Of a DNA stretch of 64,000 nt, positions 1-13,329 are shown in pieces (within the stretch, counting starts at the first letter, position 1; every line of letters starts with the position of its first letter). The DNA lies in NCBI GenBank assembly GCA_009103225.1, contig RHPI01002823.1:443104-507103 (forward strand). Reading direction: 5' to 3'. The position numbers and the translations under genes were made by a program. The DNA is from Chlorokybus atmophyticus (Eukaryota > Plantae > Mesostigma and Chlorokybus algae). The notes beneath the pieces are model-generated. The model made no database searches, was not told the origin of the DNA, and saw only the letters and a program-made list of their open reading frames with translations.

Positions 1-223
1 CAGTGTGAATCGATGCAACGTCCATGAGCCTGGCGCTCAGGTGGTAGCACAAGTCCAACCCCGACAATGCAACGCAAGCAGCGTGTACGGGCAGCATGTG
101 CCAACTTATTAAGTCATGCAAGGTGAGCGCAACCCACATGCTAAGTGACCCTCTGTAAGCTGCTGTTTGCTATGTCAAGATATCAGTAGTTGCTTTGAAC
201 CGTATCGCAAGCCAGCAACTTAC

Positions 224-1897
224 TTTGGACAGTGCATAGCCATCGTGGACAGCCTGCACAATGGTTTGCCCGCCACCACTGCGCATTGCATACACGTGTC
301 ACCTACTGAAATTCAGGTCATGACACACCACAACACCACACGCATTTCGTTTTCGCGCACTGGCACAGACTGTGTGCTATGATGGAGTGAGAGCAGCCGC
401 TTCACCTGTCCACGACGAGCGAGGTGGCGCGGCCGGCGGCAAAGGAAGTCAACACGGGGTTGCGTGCCATGAACAGTGCGGGCACGCCGTACGTCTCAAA
501 CATCACTTGGCAAACCCTGCGCATTGTTGCAACCTACTCTTATATATCCTTCAACGCCTTCATCACAACTTTATGAAGCTGCCCACACTCCAAGTTTCAA
601 CGTGCGCTCTACCTCTCTCGCTGCTCGCGCGGAGCAAAGCCGGGTTCTGCCAGCAACACGGGATGCTCTTTCGGATCAACCATCAACCGCTCCCTGCGCG
701 TCGTCAAGACAGTTACAAAGCAGCAACTCGCATTGCTTGCGCACACGCGCGAGAGCATGCGCCCTAGTAGGCGGTGATGTGTTAAGGTGTGTTGTTGTTC
801 CCGCTTACTTGAACGCGTGATCCCATATGGCCTCCATCATATCCCAATCGGCAATCAGCCCATCCTTCAGCACCGGAGACACCTACACCACACCATGACA
901 AACATGTCTGAGCAGTGGTGCCCCAACATACACCACACAACGACCTCTCACCTCCATGTGGTCTCGCCTGTACGTGACGCCCGTGGTGTTGCCAACATAA
1001 TAGCGCTTGGACGGGCCGGGCTTCGACGCCGACGCCGCCCCGTTCGCGTCCGCTGTCGTGGCCGCGTCCGCCATGACGGTGTCGCCCGTGCCGTCCACCG
1101 CTCCCCCTCCCTCCCGCTTCTCCAACACGCCAGCCCACTGCGTCACGCGCGAACACGATGTCTTGATCAAGTTGTGATCAATGATGGTGGGTGGCTTGGT
1201 TTGTTGACATGCTGGGTGCTTACTGATGGGAATACGGCTTTGGGCGTGTCTTCTCCTGCGTAGCCCGCTTTGCACGACACGCCGCCGCAGTCCACAACAA
1301 GCGCAGACACCTCGTCTACAACAGAAGACGATGATGATCAGACCAAACACCTCTCTTCCAGACACACATTGCACAAGAGCACGGTTGTAGAGTGCGCATG
1401 CTACGTGTTGGCATTGACACTCTTGAACGAAGAAGCAGTGGCATCCGGAAACTGTGTAGCTGCCGCGAGCGGACACGAGTGAGATAGGGTCAGACAGTGG
1501 TGCAGCGCATGTTGCGACAATGTGCGTGTGACTTGACTTCCGCAGACAATACAACAACACAATCAGTCGCAAGGGCCTGTCAAAACACGTTCCCTTGTGT
1601 GCAAGTCTTGAACGCGAATCAGCACAAGCCAGTGCAGCGCAGGTGGGGCATACGTGCATGCGGCTCTAAGTGACACCCGCGCAACGACCATGTGCAGAAC
1701 GGACGCTCACACACAAGCGCTCCGCCTGTAACGTCTTTGCATGCTCACTCTTGCGACTTCAAACACACGAGCCATGTCGTGCTTGAATCACAGGTCCTTC
1801 TGGCTTGCATGCACAGACTGAAGGACCCCCAAGAACTCAATTCCAAACTAAGGTTGCACAAAACACCTTGCTTGATCCACTTACCGCCTCCATACAT
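224..1897 (-). CDS. ARP4: Actin-related protein 4 (nuclear ARP), 5' part; the gene continues off the left edge of the window
   Basis: GT-AG exons 1897-1885, 1315-1224, 1137-952, 882-809, 693-613, 516-406 and 278-224 splice to [35 protein letters not shown]...RYYVG...[21 protein letters not shown]...EHPVLLAEP...[29 protein letters not shown]...VHDGY. This matches the plant ARP4 N-terminus ([17 protein letters not shown]). Confidence 0.88.
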
Positions 1898-2510
1898 GGT
1901 CGCCTCCGCCTCCTCGCCCAAGCTGTCTCCCCGTCTTGTCTAACCTAAACCTACCGCCGCCGTGGCCGAGGTGTCCGGCGCGCTTGCAGTGGCAACGACG
2001 GAATAGAAGGCATGGCAGCAACAAAGCAGTACACCCCTAGAGACACCTGCACCGCCGTCGCCACGGCTGCTAGCAACGCCTCCTCCACGTGGCAGGCTAG
2101 GGTTGTCCCGCCCCCCCATCGGAAGCCAAAGAACTGGCGAGATTAGCGAGATTGGTAGCTAGAAGCCCACACTTAGCGACGCGCTAGAAGCCAGCTTCAT
2201 CGGATCGGCTTCTGCTGGCGCAAGCGTGTGCATGTCGCTGCGTGGCGGCGGCGAGGAGGCTTGGTCTCGGCATAGGCCAACTTGTCCGACAGCTTGCCTT
2301 CCTTCATTCGCTTCGTGGTTCGTTACACACAACAGCTGTCTGAGCCACAGCGCCTCCAAAGACATGGAGATGGAGTAGTGGCAGTAGTCAAGGCAGGCAG
2401 TCGCTCTCGCTCTCGCTCTCTGGCCCGGCCTGACCTGGTTCTCCTCCTCCTCCTCTATCTCTAGCGGTGGTTGGCCTTGACTACTACTGCTAGGATTGAG
2501 GAGGGGTTTG

Positions 2511-3972
2511 ATGCCGATCCTGTACAGCGCTGTTGCGCGTGGCAGGGACGTCGTGCTTGCCGAGTACGCCGCGGCAGCAGGAAACGCCAACGACGTCGCG
2601 AGGAAGATACTACAGAACACAGCAGCGCAGGTGGGCACCGGGTCTGAGGGCAAACAAGTTGCCACACATGTGCGTGCGCGTGTCGTCTCGCTCACCTCTC
2701 TGCTGCTTGCCAGAGCGTGAGATCGGGCTGTTCGTGTCAGCGCAATTGTCTGCCTTAGTGCTGAGCTGGTTGTAGTACGCACGTGCCACAGCAGCTTGCG
2801 GATGTGCGCCTCGTGCACTTTGCCAAACAACATAGTTGCCTCAAAGATCACTACAACTCAGTACACAGTCTTCTTCTTTGCTTTGTGGTGAGTTGGTGAG
2901 GTACTCGTCATCTGTGGGCCACCAAGCTCGCATGCGTGTCGCATGCGAGCAGCAGTCGTTACCAAGCTTGGAGAGAAGTCACAACTCTTAGCACTATTAG
3001 CACCCAATGTCGCGTTGCACACCAGCAACACAAGTAGTAGTAACACTCCGTGTATGTGCGTGTGCACGTGCCGGTCTGACATGCTGTTGTTGTTGTTGTC
3101 GTCGCTGCAGAATGGCGACACGCGGCAGTCGTACTCGATCGAGCGCCACATCTTCCACGTGCTCGAGAGCGATGGCCTCATCTTCATCGCCATGGCCGAC
3201 GACACATTCGGCAGTAAGCCCCCAAACACTGCATCCACAATCCCCACCCCAACATGATGTTCATGCGATCACACGTCCACGCAGGACGAATACCCTACGC
3301 CTTCCTCGAGGAGATCCGCGGCCGCTTCACTGCGATGTACGGTTCGGGTGCGCAGACGGCCTTAGCATACGCGATGAACGACGAGTTCTCCCGCATCCTC
3401 GCGCAGCAGATGGACTACTTTTCCACCAACCCCAACGCGGACACGATCAACCGCGTGCGCGGGGAGATATCTGAGGTGAAGAACGTCCTCGTGCAGAGCA
3501 TCGACAAGGTGCTCGATCGCGGGGAGAAGATATCGCTCCTCGTGGACAAGACGGACTCGCTGCAGAGCGAGGCGTTCCGGTTCAAGAGACAGGCGCGACA
3601 GATGAAACACCGCATGTGGATACGCAACCTGCGCATGATGTACGTGTGAGGTTGAGCTCATCACATGGAGTGCATGTGCACGCACGCGGGTGGGTGTGGC
3701 CACGAGTGTGTGTGGGCGTGCGCGCCCGTGCGCAGGTGCATGCATGCACACGCACACGCACACGCGCAACAGCTGTATGTGTGCTTGGGTGGGCGTCGGG
3801 GGTGGGCATGCACAAGTCGTTGCTAGTCAGGCATTGATGCTTATGCACAGCACACTCACTCCTTTGGTGATGCGCTGTTTGCAGGGCACTGCTGGCTATC
3901 ATAGTGCTGGTGATCGTGCTGGGCATCAGCGCCTTCGCCTGTGGCGGCATCACATTTCCAAACTGCCGCTAA
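2511..3972 (+). CDS. VAMP7: Longin-domain R-SNARE, VAMP7/VAMP71 type (221 aa)
   Basis: Exons 2511-2630, 3111-3213, 3285-3639 and 3885-3972 (666 nt, in frame) give MPILYSAVARG..VVLAEY (longin), RRIPYAFLEEI, the SNARE motif RVRGEISEVKNVLVQSIDKVLDRGEKISLLVDKT, and a C-terminal TM helix ending ACGGITFPNCR*. Confidence 0.93.
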
Positions 3973-5271
3973 CCTCAAGTTTTGAGTAATAAGCTCTGTC
4001 AACGCACGCGTGTGTTTGTATATAGGTGAGCACTAGTGAGCACTCTCAGTTTGATCGTGTCTTTGAGCTGTGCAGCGTACTGCAGGGGGGCTGCCGCTCT
4101 GCACAGGTTGGGGGAGGAGGAATGCAATGCCTGGTGGGTACTAGAGTTTGCGTGAGAGTCTCAAGTGTGTGCAGTAGTATGATGCACATATTTTGGTAGA
4201 ACAGTTGGTGTCAGTGCAGCAGCTGCTGAGGCGGTTGCTGTGCTCGCTCATTGTGTTGTATACGGGGTGCTGCATCACACATGTTGACATGGATGCGCAC
4301 TCTGTTGCTGCACATGTAACAATCACATGCATGCGCCCAAAGCATTCACCATCATCATCATATTTTCACCACCACCGCCAGGCTATGTGCTCCACCTACT
4401 CAGTCCAGCTACATGCGCAGCCCCAAACAAGCATAGGGTCATTGGCATACCTGCCCACATGGGCCGGGGTTGGTCGTGGAATATTTGTGGATGCCTGGAT
4501 TGCGGTTTGGCGAGGGCATGTCTGCGCAAAGTGGCTACTTGCTGCGGAGTCGACCTGAGTGTGGTGCAGTTGATGTGCAAATGTCATGAACAGGGCTACA
4601 CCTAGTCAAACCATGTAACAAATAATATGGGTACCATGTAGCGACTTTTTCTTTGGTACTACCGTACACTATGCTTGTACTTCAGTGACTCCATGTGCGA
4701 GTGTCCAAGCACTCACATGCGTGCCGCACACATGTGTTGTCTCCATACATAACTTGCAATAGAGCTGCTAGAAAGCGTGCTCAAGCGAAAAGGGGCCAGA
4801 TGTGTTGCACACCAATACAATCAATGCATGCAAGCACACGTGAGCACACCCAAGCATGCACCAATATCCTCTTGTCATAAGTAGATGCACATGGCACAGT
4901 GCAGCACAGTGGTTGCCCCAAATGACAACACTAAGTGATTAGAACAACCGAGCGGCTGCACATTGAATGGCATTACAGAGACAGTCATCTCTGCGCCAGT
5001 GCATGCCCAACCGTCCCATGCTCTTCGTTAAGTTCAAACATACTCCCCTAGTCACGCCCTGAAGGGAGAGGACAACTGCCAGCAAGAGCACATGTTGTAC
5101 ACCGTATGCTTCAGGGCAATAGACACCAACATCATATTAACACTACATCAGTAACAATGTGTTTATCATATCGCTGCACGCAGCAACGCGGACAACATGT
5201 CATGTATCGTCAACTAGCCCTAAGCTGCTCTATCTCTGTAAGACGGCTATGGACTCAAACGCTTCACACGT

Positions 5272-8200
5272 CTACTTCACTCCCTCCAGCTCGTCTTCCA
5301 CATCCTCGTACATCGACCTCAAACGCTCAACGACCGCTTCATCAGCCTGCCAGAACCCGCGGCCGTTCGCCTCCAGCATGCGACGCACAATGTTCTGAAA
5401 AGCCTGCGGATACAGCACGGGCAACTTCAAGCACTGCTTGCATCATATGCATGTCACAAGAAAAGTTTAGTGACAAGAGCGCATACCTGCGGGTTGTTCT
5501 TTCTCAACTTTGCAGCCATCTCTTCATCCAAAGCATACGTACTCGCTGCCTGGTCATACACCCAATCCTCCTACAATAACACAACACATCAAGCGGAGTC
5601 TTCCAACTATGTGTTGTAACTCATCTCCTGTGCGCTGCTGATATGAGGCTCAGTGCACGCCACAAACACACAGCATCTGACCTGAAAGCCAGCGGTGCTG
5701 CCCCAACCAACCATTGCCGTCATGCGCTGGGAGATCTCATACGCACCGCCAGAACCCTGCGCCACCATCGCATTCGCCCACTTCGGGTTCAAGAGCTTCG
5801 ATCGGTACTGCCACATACGGGTTAAGCAAGATGGTCCATACGCTTGACATGGGACTCGGTAAGTACAGACGACACTCACCTCAAGGCGAAGCGTGGCCTC
5901 CAGATCCCGCGGCTTCGCATCTTTGGAGAAGCTTTCAACGATACTGCACGCCACTTTGCGCCCGCCACGCGCGGTCTCCGCAGCATTTTTCATGGCTCCG
6001 GTGTTGGCATAATACTCCTGCCAACAGGCCAAAAGAGTGTCACAACACCACAAACAAGCTTATGACCATCCAACATACCCACCTGTATGTCTGTCAGGCC
6101 ATACTCGACGCTGTCGATCTCCTGCACGATGCGGTCTGTTGATTGCAAAAGCGTGCGCAGGACTTCGGGTCGCGCAACGCCCTTCTCGCCGTCTCCGCGG
6201 CCGTAGCTGAAGGCGTTGCGTGACCGCCACGTGTCGCCGAGCTCCTCCGTGTTCTCCCAGCTGCCCGCGCCGATGCGCTCGTTCACCATCGAGCCGTAGT
6301 CGCCGGCGGGGTTGGAGAAGATGCGAGCGGCGGCGTTGTCAACACCCGATTCCTGCGCAAAGGAGGCATGATTGTGCTGAAGTGAGTACATGGTAACCTT
6401 TGTCAATGTGCATAAATGTGTGTCTGGGTACAAGTCTGTACACATGCGCATGTACTTTCATGCCTGTGCACGCACAATGCGCCCCGCGTGAATGCGTATG
6501 CAGATGCGTGCGTGCGTGTCACAACGGCTGACCTTGAGTAACAGTGCGTGCTTCCGGATGAAGTTCGAGTCTGTCGGTTCATCCAACTCAGAAGCGCGCT
6601 GGAACATGTCATCCAGCAGGTCCACCACATTGGCAAAGCTGTCGCGGAAGATGCCGGACAGGTTCGCCAGCACATCAATGCGCGGGCGCTTCAGCTCTTC
6701 CAGCGGTACCAACTCAAAGCGCACAATACGCCCTGCAAACACAGGGTGCGTGTCACAGCGCACACGACGCATGTAGCACTTGTTTCAATGGTAACTCAAC
6801 CTGTGCCTTCCTTGACAGGGCGGGCGCCTGTGAGATGCAAAGCAATGGCGAGAGACTCTCCGCGTGTCTTGATGGCGTCAAGTCCCCACAGCATCACAGC
6901 AACTGTTTCTGGATACGCGCCACCATTCTTGCTGCGGTGCTCCTAGTTAAGACAAGCATGATGCATCGTTATTCAGCTTGCAGCCACATGGTTATGCACG
7001 CACGCACACACGCAAACACACACGTGCACACGCATGCACGCACATGCTTGCACCTGTGAATCCACAAGCACATACATGTGCGCGCAACCATGTAGCATGT
7101 ACCCTGGACTCAACATGAGCAAGCACAGAAGCTTACTTCGATGATGTTGTTTGCAATGGCGCACCCACGCTTCCACGCAGCTGCAGAGGGCATGCGATAG
7201 GGGTCGAGCGCGTGGATATTGCGCCCCGTAGGGAGAACGCCTGGGCCGTCCCGCAACAGGTCGCCTCCCACACCCGCAGGCACGTACTCGCCGTTGAGAC
7301 CGCGAATGATGCTGAGAACCTCGTCGGTGTTGCTCGCCAGCAACTGCGATATCTGAACAGCCTCCTCCACCTAGAAAGAGCATCACAACCACCATCAGAG
7401 CGCTATAAACAAACTTCACATGTGAGCCAACTAGATCTCTTCATGTGTACCTTTGCAGCAATTTCCTTGCTGGCATCATTGCGTAGCAAAGCTTCCAGCC
7501 TGGCCTTTATTGCACCCAAGTCTTCCGGTGCTTGAGATATGGTGTTGATGGCTTCTTCAGGCAGCGCGTTGTCGAAATACGCCGACAGGTACTGCGCGGT
7601 CTGCCCCGCGGTTGGCGGCTGCCCCAACACGTGCAAGCCTTCAGAGAACAAGCGGTTCTCCACAAGCTGCAGGTACTCGTTAAGAGAGGCCACGTATGCG
7701 TCAAATGCACTTGACGACACACCTGCACACAAGGTGAGCTTTATGTTTGCTGCATACGCGCACGCAAGCACTCTCAATCCTTGCATAGACAATAGAGAGA
7801 TGCATAACAATTGCATAGACAAAAAAGATATACATACAAACATACCTTCCACTGTGTCTCCTGATAGATGTTGGACTTGGCCACTCTCATCAACATATGG
7901 GCAGTCCTCATGGAGGCCCGTCGCGTTCAGCATGTCGACGATTGTCGGCCGCAAGGCCACATTGACTGCAGGATTCTCGCGATACTCCGCAACGAGCTCG
8001 CGGAGGTTTGCCAACTCTTTGTACAGGCCGGCTCTGCCATATGGAGGAACATTGTGCGACACGATTGTCCCGTACCCTCTCCGCTTGGCAATTATGCTCT
8101 CACTTGGATTGTTGGCTGCATACACATAACTGCACAAACATTGATTGGGCTGGTCAGACCGCGCAATCTGGACATCGCCAAACGTAGTTGTATGTGCATA

Positions 8201-11200
8201 TACACACGCGCGCACACATGTTGAAGCCAGCGGGTGTACTGCGAATGAGTGTTACTACTCACATGTTGGGGAGGGAGCCCATCAGCGCATCTGACCACGA
8301 TAGTCCCGTGTTGCCGAGGGGGCTTCCCGGCAGCCACTCAACAGTGCCGTGCATGCCAAAGTGCAGCACGGCGTCTGCGCCAAAGTCGTTCTCCAGCCAC
8401 TTGTAGAACGCCGCGTACTGCGGGTGGGGCGTGAGGTCCCTCTCGAACAGCAGACGCATGGGGTCGCCCTCAACACCCAGCAAAGGCTGCACGCCAATCC
8501 TGAACATATACATGACACAGCAACAGGCCGGATGTGCATCGGTGAACAACAACTCCAGCTGCTTGTATAATACAAACTTTGCTCTCTCCCTTACCACACG
8601 TTGCCAAACTGCAAGCCGCTGACCACAGATGCGCCCTCGGCAGATGTTTTTATGCCTCGATAAGACTCAAGCCGGCCCCAGTTACGCTCCATGCGGCCCG
8701 CAAGAGTGCGACCGAGCCACGACTTCAACAGCTTGGCATCAATCTCCGCGGCCACTGGCATCGCATCCACAGGCATTTCGTCGTCTGCCATAACATCTAC
8801 CAGCGTCTGTTCACACCACCAGCTCAGTGCAATTGTTGCAGACAATGCGCTTGATTGCTCAGTGAATATGACTTCTGGTAAAGCACAAACACACAATCAA
8901 GCTATGCACCTTCGGTCCTTGCTGTCCAGCAGCGATTACGCGGCCGTCATCGAGTTTAGACAGCGTGCGCACGATTGCTTCACCATCAACAGCACCATCT
9001 TGCGCATCACCAAGGTCATAGCCCTCATCTCGCAGCGCCTTGAGCACATGTTCCAGTGACTTGGGCACGTTTAGCAGAGCGGCCGTGCCGGTTGCGCCCA
9101 CACCGGGCGGGAACCCATACAGCATGACCGCGATGCGGCGCTCGGCGGGTGCCTTGCGCTTGAGGGCAATCCACTTGTTCAGGCGTGCGGTAAGCTTGCG
9201 CGCCCGCTCGGGCACCAAGTGAATCCCGTCACCAACCAAGCCGCCGAGTGGGACGGTGTCGATGGCGCCGTCGAGCTCTGGTAATGCATATAGTACGACG
9301 GACTGCAAGCCTTGGATTCCAACTTGCTTCCAACTCTTTATATCCTGCAAAGACCAAGTCTGCAAGGCCGCAAACACACGCATGCACTCACACACCCACA
9401 CCCACATGCGCATGAACGTGTGCGCGCATGCACGGGCGCGCGCACACAGTAACAAAAGGACAAGGTGCTAAGCACTGTGATGTAGAAAGTACTGACCTGT
9501 ATCAACAGGGGGGCTGCAACCACATATGGCACGTTCTTGGCAGCGAGGATGGACTTGGCGATGTCGGCCTGCCGCCCGCCCTCCATTGAGCCTGCAGGAC
9601 CACCAACAAGCGGGAACCCAATCGTGCTCACAATTGCGTCCACAACAACAGCGTCACTGGTCAGAGATGGCGTGTTGATAACGCCCTGTCTTCTTTGCTC
9701 CTGCATACACACGCATGTGGTTGTCACATGGTTAACTAATATCTGTGTAGTACATGTCCACAACAGACGCGGCATGTGACTCTGACCTGCTCATATGTGG
9801 TTGTGAGAAGGTCGCGCACGATCGTGTGGCTTTCAACACCGTTGATGAAAATTGGAAGGGGTAGGAGGCCGTCCGCTTCGAAGGTGCGAATCAATTGCGG
9901 TATGTACTTTTGTTGGGTGATGACGTGCTTCCTGTACAGCAGCACCGCGACGACAGGAGCAGACTGCAGCATGGGATTGTGGGTGGTGCGATGCCAGCGG
10001 AGGTAGTCGGATGCGGATGTGAAGTAGGCATCTGTGGATCGCAAGCATGTACAAGAGTCAGTCACTGTCAGTTCAAGCAGCTGCAAACCCATGCTGCAAT
10101 GCACATCCACGTGGCATCAGGTGTTACATAAACTGCATAACAATAAGCAGCAGCTCCGAACTGCAGCAATTTACTGTGTTGCAACAGTCACAACACCTCA
10201 TGTGATATGTCCTGCGGTCCACTGTTGTCCATGCTTATGCACAACGTCAAAGTCTCGCCTTGCTGATGCACAATGGCATACTCCTGATGCCGTATGCAAA
10301 ACGCGGGGAAAAAAGCAGCTGTGTGACTGCACAAGCATTTGCCTTCCAAATCCTGATCATAACGTGCCTGGCACTTACCATAGCTGGGGTGGTAAAGCCC
10401 AACAGCAGGAGTCTCCTTCACTGCCGGTGGCGTGTAGTCCACCGGCAGCAAATACTCCTTGGCAAGATACATGAACATAGTCTCCACATTGTCATACCCG
10501 CCCTGCAACGCAATGCTTGGTCAGGACTCTTCACACAGCAATAGCACAAACGACATCTCCAACAGCATGTTGCATGCAGTTTGCGAAGGAAGCAAGCGCA
10601 TCACCTGATTCCAATAACCGTAGATGGTGAGCCAGTTGCGCAAATCGCGAACCTTCTTGCCGGGTATGAACTTGAGAAGTTTTGGCCCAATCTTCAGGAA
10701 GCTAAGATAACCCACCTAACAAAAGAGAGAGGCAGACTATGGTGTAAGTTAACCCTGCAGTAATCCGACATGCACACAAATGCTCGGATGCCTACCATCT
10801 TGTCCTCTTCCTTTCCTCCTCCAAACTTGCTCAACACGGCCTTGACAGGACCCGGCATTCCTTTCGATTTGCCCATGACAAAGCTGCCAACATGCAGTCA
10901 ACGTTGACACTGAGGCAACACGTCAACCCGCTGTGCAATATTCTCAACACTTGAACACGCACCTGCCTATCTGTGTAAGCTTCATCAACTCCAACGACGA
11001 CTCGAACACGAGGCGGATGGGGATGTTTTGTACACGTTGAATGAGCCACTCACACTGCGCCACAACATAACGTCACACCACTAAGTGCAAAAACGCCAAT
11101 GCTATGGATATCTATGCAGCCATGTGAAAGCAGTCATACTTGATCGTAGTCGAACACCAGGCTTGCAAAGAAGGCATCCGCTGTCTTCAGTGCCGCCTCC

Positions 11201-13329
11201 ACCTGGGCAAAGTTGTGACATGTTATAAGTAGCCTTGCAAGTGTAAAACAGAATGGCGCGAAGCGCAAACCACAACTTGCCACCAACCTTGTCCGGCTTG
11301 TTGAGAATGTCACGATCGGAGAAAACTGATACCCGGAACCCTGATGTCAACAGAAGTTTAGCATATAGTTTAGCATATACACGCATACACACGCGCGCAC
11401 ACGAGCATATTCGTACACCCACGCATGCACGCACGAGCATGCGCACACAAGGTACGCCACTTACACAAGGTACGCCACTTACAGTCAACACTGCTGACAA
11501 CTTGCTGTTAACTCACCTGGTAGCTTATCCGCAACACCAGCAGCCACCTTGTTGTAGAGAGCCAAATTGAAAGACTCGAACCCGGCAATCATGACAACAT
11601 GAGCCGCAGTGCCAGTTGGCAGACGCCATTCAACATCAGCGCCCGCACCGGCAGTGTTTGCTTTCTGTTGATGGATGCCAGATTAAGCGAAAGAGCACAT
11701 GCATGTTCACTTGCAAAGTACATATGACAGAATCACCGTCGCTGAAATACCTCTGCTTCAGCAGCCTGGCGTGCAACCACTATCTGCGCCTTGAGTGACT
11801 GAACTTCCTGTAAGAATAAAAGCACAACAGATTGGCCAACCTTGTGTGGCTATGCAACCCATATTCAGCATTGCAAACATAGCACCACCGCTGTGTGGGT
11901 GTTGCTGCCATAGTGTTGTCGTGCTCACCTGGCGTACTCTGTTTCGCACAAGGGTGAGCTCGTGCATGTCCCGCTGAAACTCTGTCCACCTCTTCCCGTC
12001 TTGCTCGACAGTATCTACACACAGTTGTACATGCGTTCACCGTCATGGCATACGTAGTTGCACACGATTGTGTGCTTTCTTGGCAGTGCTCTATGCTCAG
12101 CGACTGCATATGGCCTCAAATGTTATGGCAAATCCTTGGTCTGCTGTGATCCTGGATAGACTCTGGCTATGTAGACTCTTGGTTTCCTGTCGCTCTTGCC
12201 TTTTCTTATTATTGTTGAAAACAAACCAAGTTATCATTGTGCTTACTGATAAGTGCTTGCAGCAAAGCGGGTTGTGATCGCCCAAGCTCCCGCCACATTG
12301 CTTCGTCCATGCGCTCATACGTGTGAGATGTTGATGATGATGTGCTGGGCTGTTCTGCGTCTGCCTCAACTGCTTCAGTCTGATGAGGCCTGAGCCCGTG
12401 CCGCCTGACAACATCTTCGCCCTCCACAGCCGCCACGCCAGCGAACGTGCTGTTGTACAAGTCATCAATCTGTTGCTGCAACGTCGCGAGCTTGTCGTTC
12501 TTGACCTGCAACTGCAAATGGAACGAGTTATACATCAGAAGCACAGACATCGCCACCCTGGCATGTGACCAGACGTGGTCCACCTATCTCAGCATGTGTA
12601 TTGCTCTGGTAATCTGCCTGCATGCATGCAAAGCGACAAGGTGATGCTGAGCCTATGCTGGGGTAGAGATTTTTGCTCGCCTTTTGCAACGCCACGCACA
12701 ATAGTCACCACTGCTCAGTACGCACTACTACTGTGATGCGTTATGCGATACCTTCGCATGCATGCATGCAGATGTGCGTCAGTTGATTGAGTGTCATGGG
12801 AACGCGTGGGTACACACTCGCCTCAGTGTGCACTTATAACATGCTGTGTGTCTATGTTGGCCATATGTTGCTAATGGTGATTACTATTTAACATGTATAC
12901 GCCTGCTTGCATTGAGGTGAGGCACGCCAACCGCATGGTAACTTCTGCAAGTGATCAGCATGCAGGCACCTTCGATTGAAGGTCCGCCAGGGCTGTCGCA
13001 CCGCCTGCGATGGCAGCAGCGAACTCTTCCGCCCTGCTGGCCTGCTGCTGCTGCTGCTGCTGCTCAGGCGCCTTGGGAGACGTGGCAGTAGCCTGCACCT
13101 GCAGTGCGCCATGCTGCCGCAGCTTGCGCCTGTTGCGCCGTCCTCCACCACATGGCAGCTGGACTAAGCCACTCAGTGAGCTGCTGCTGCCTCCAGCTGG
13201 CCGCAGCTGCTGCCCCGCATGCTGCTGCTGCTGCAGCTGTGGCCTAGCAGCAGCAGTGCGCAGCCTAGCGCCGCTGCATGACGCAGTCACCAGCAAGCTC
13301 GCTATCCCGGCTGCAGTCATGCTCCGCAT
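5272..13329 (-). CDS. CHLH2: Magnesium chelatase H subunit, CHLH2/BchH-like paralog (CobN/Mg-chelatase family), about 26 exons, with a predicted plastid transit peptide
   Basis: Exons traced with GT-AG boundaries from ATG 13329 (or 13320) to TAG 5272: 13329-12970, 12505-12247, 12014-11929, 11807-11751, 11664-11517 (VVMIAGFESFN), 11340-11288 (VFSDRDI), 11202-11140 (FFASLVFDYDQ), continuing to 5403-5272 (RRMLEANGRGFW...DELEGVK*). Internal motifs: YGFPPGVGATGTAALLNVP, HFGMHGTVEWLPG, LPTGRNIHALDPYR, RPRIDVLANLSGIFRD, DSVEYGLTDIQEYYANTG. The acceptor of the exon ending at 8595 is uncertain. Confidence 0.93.

Noticed and set aside
10955-10970. Possible GC-AG donor in CHLH2 (ATAG|GCAG)
   Set aside because: A canonical GT donor 4 nt downstream keeps the frame (IG-S-FVMG).
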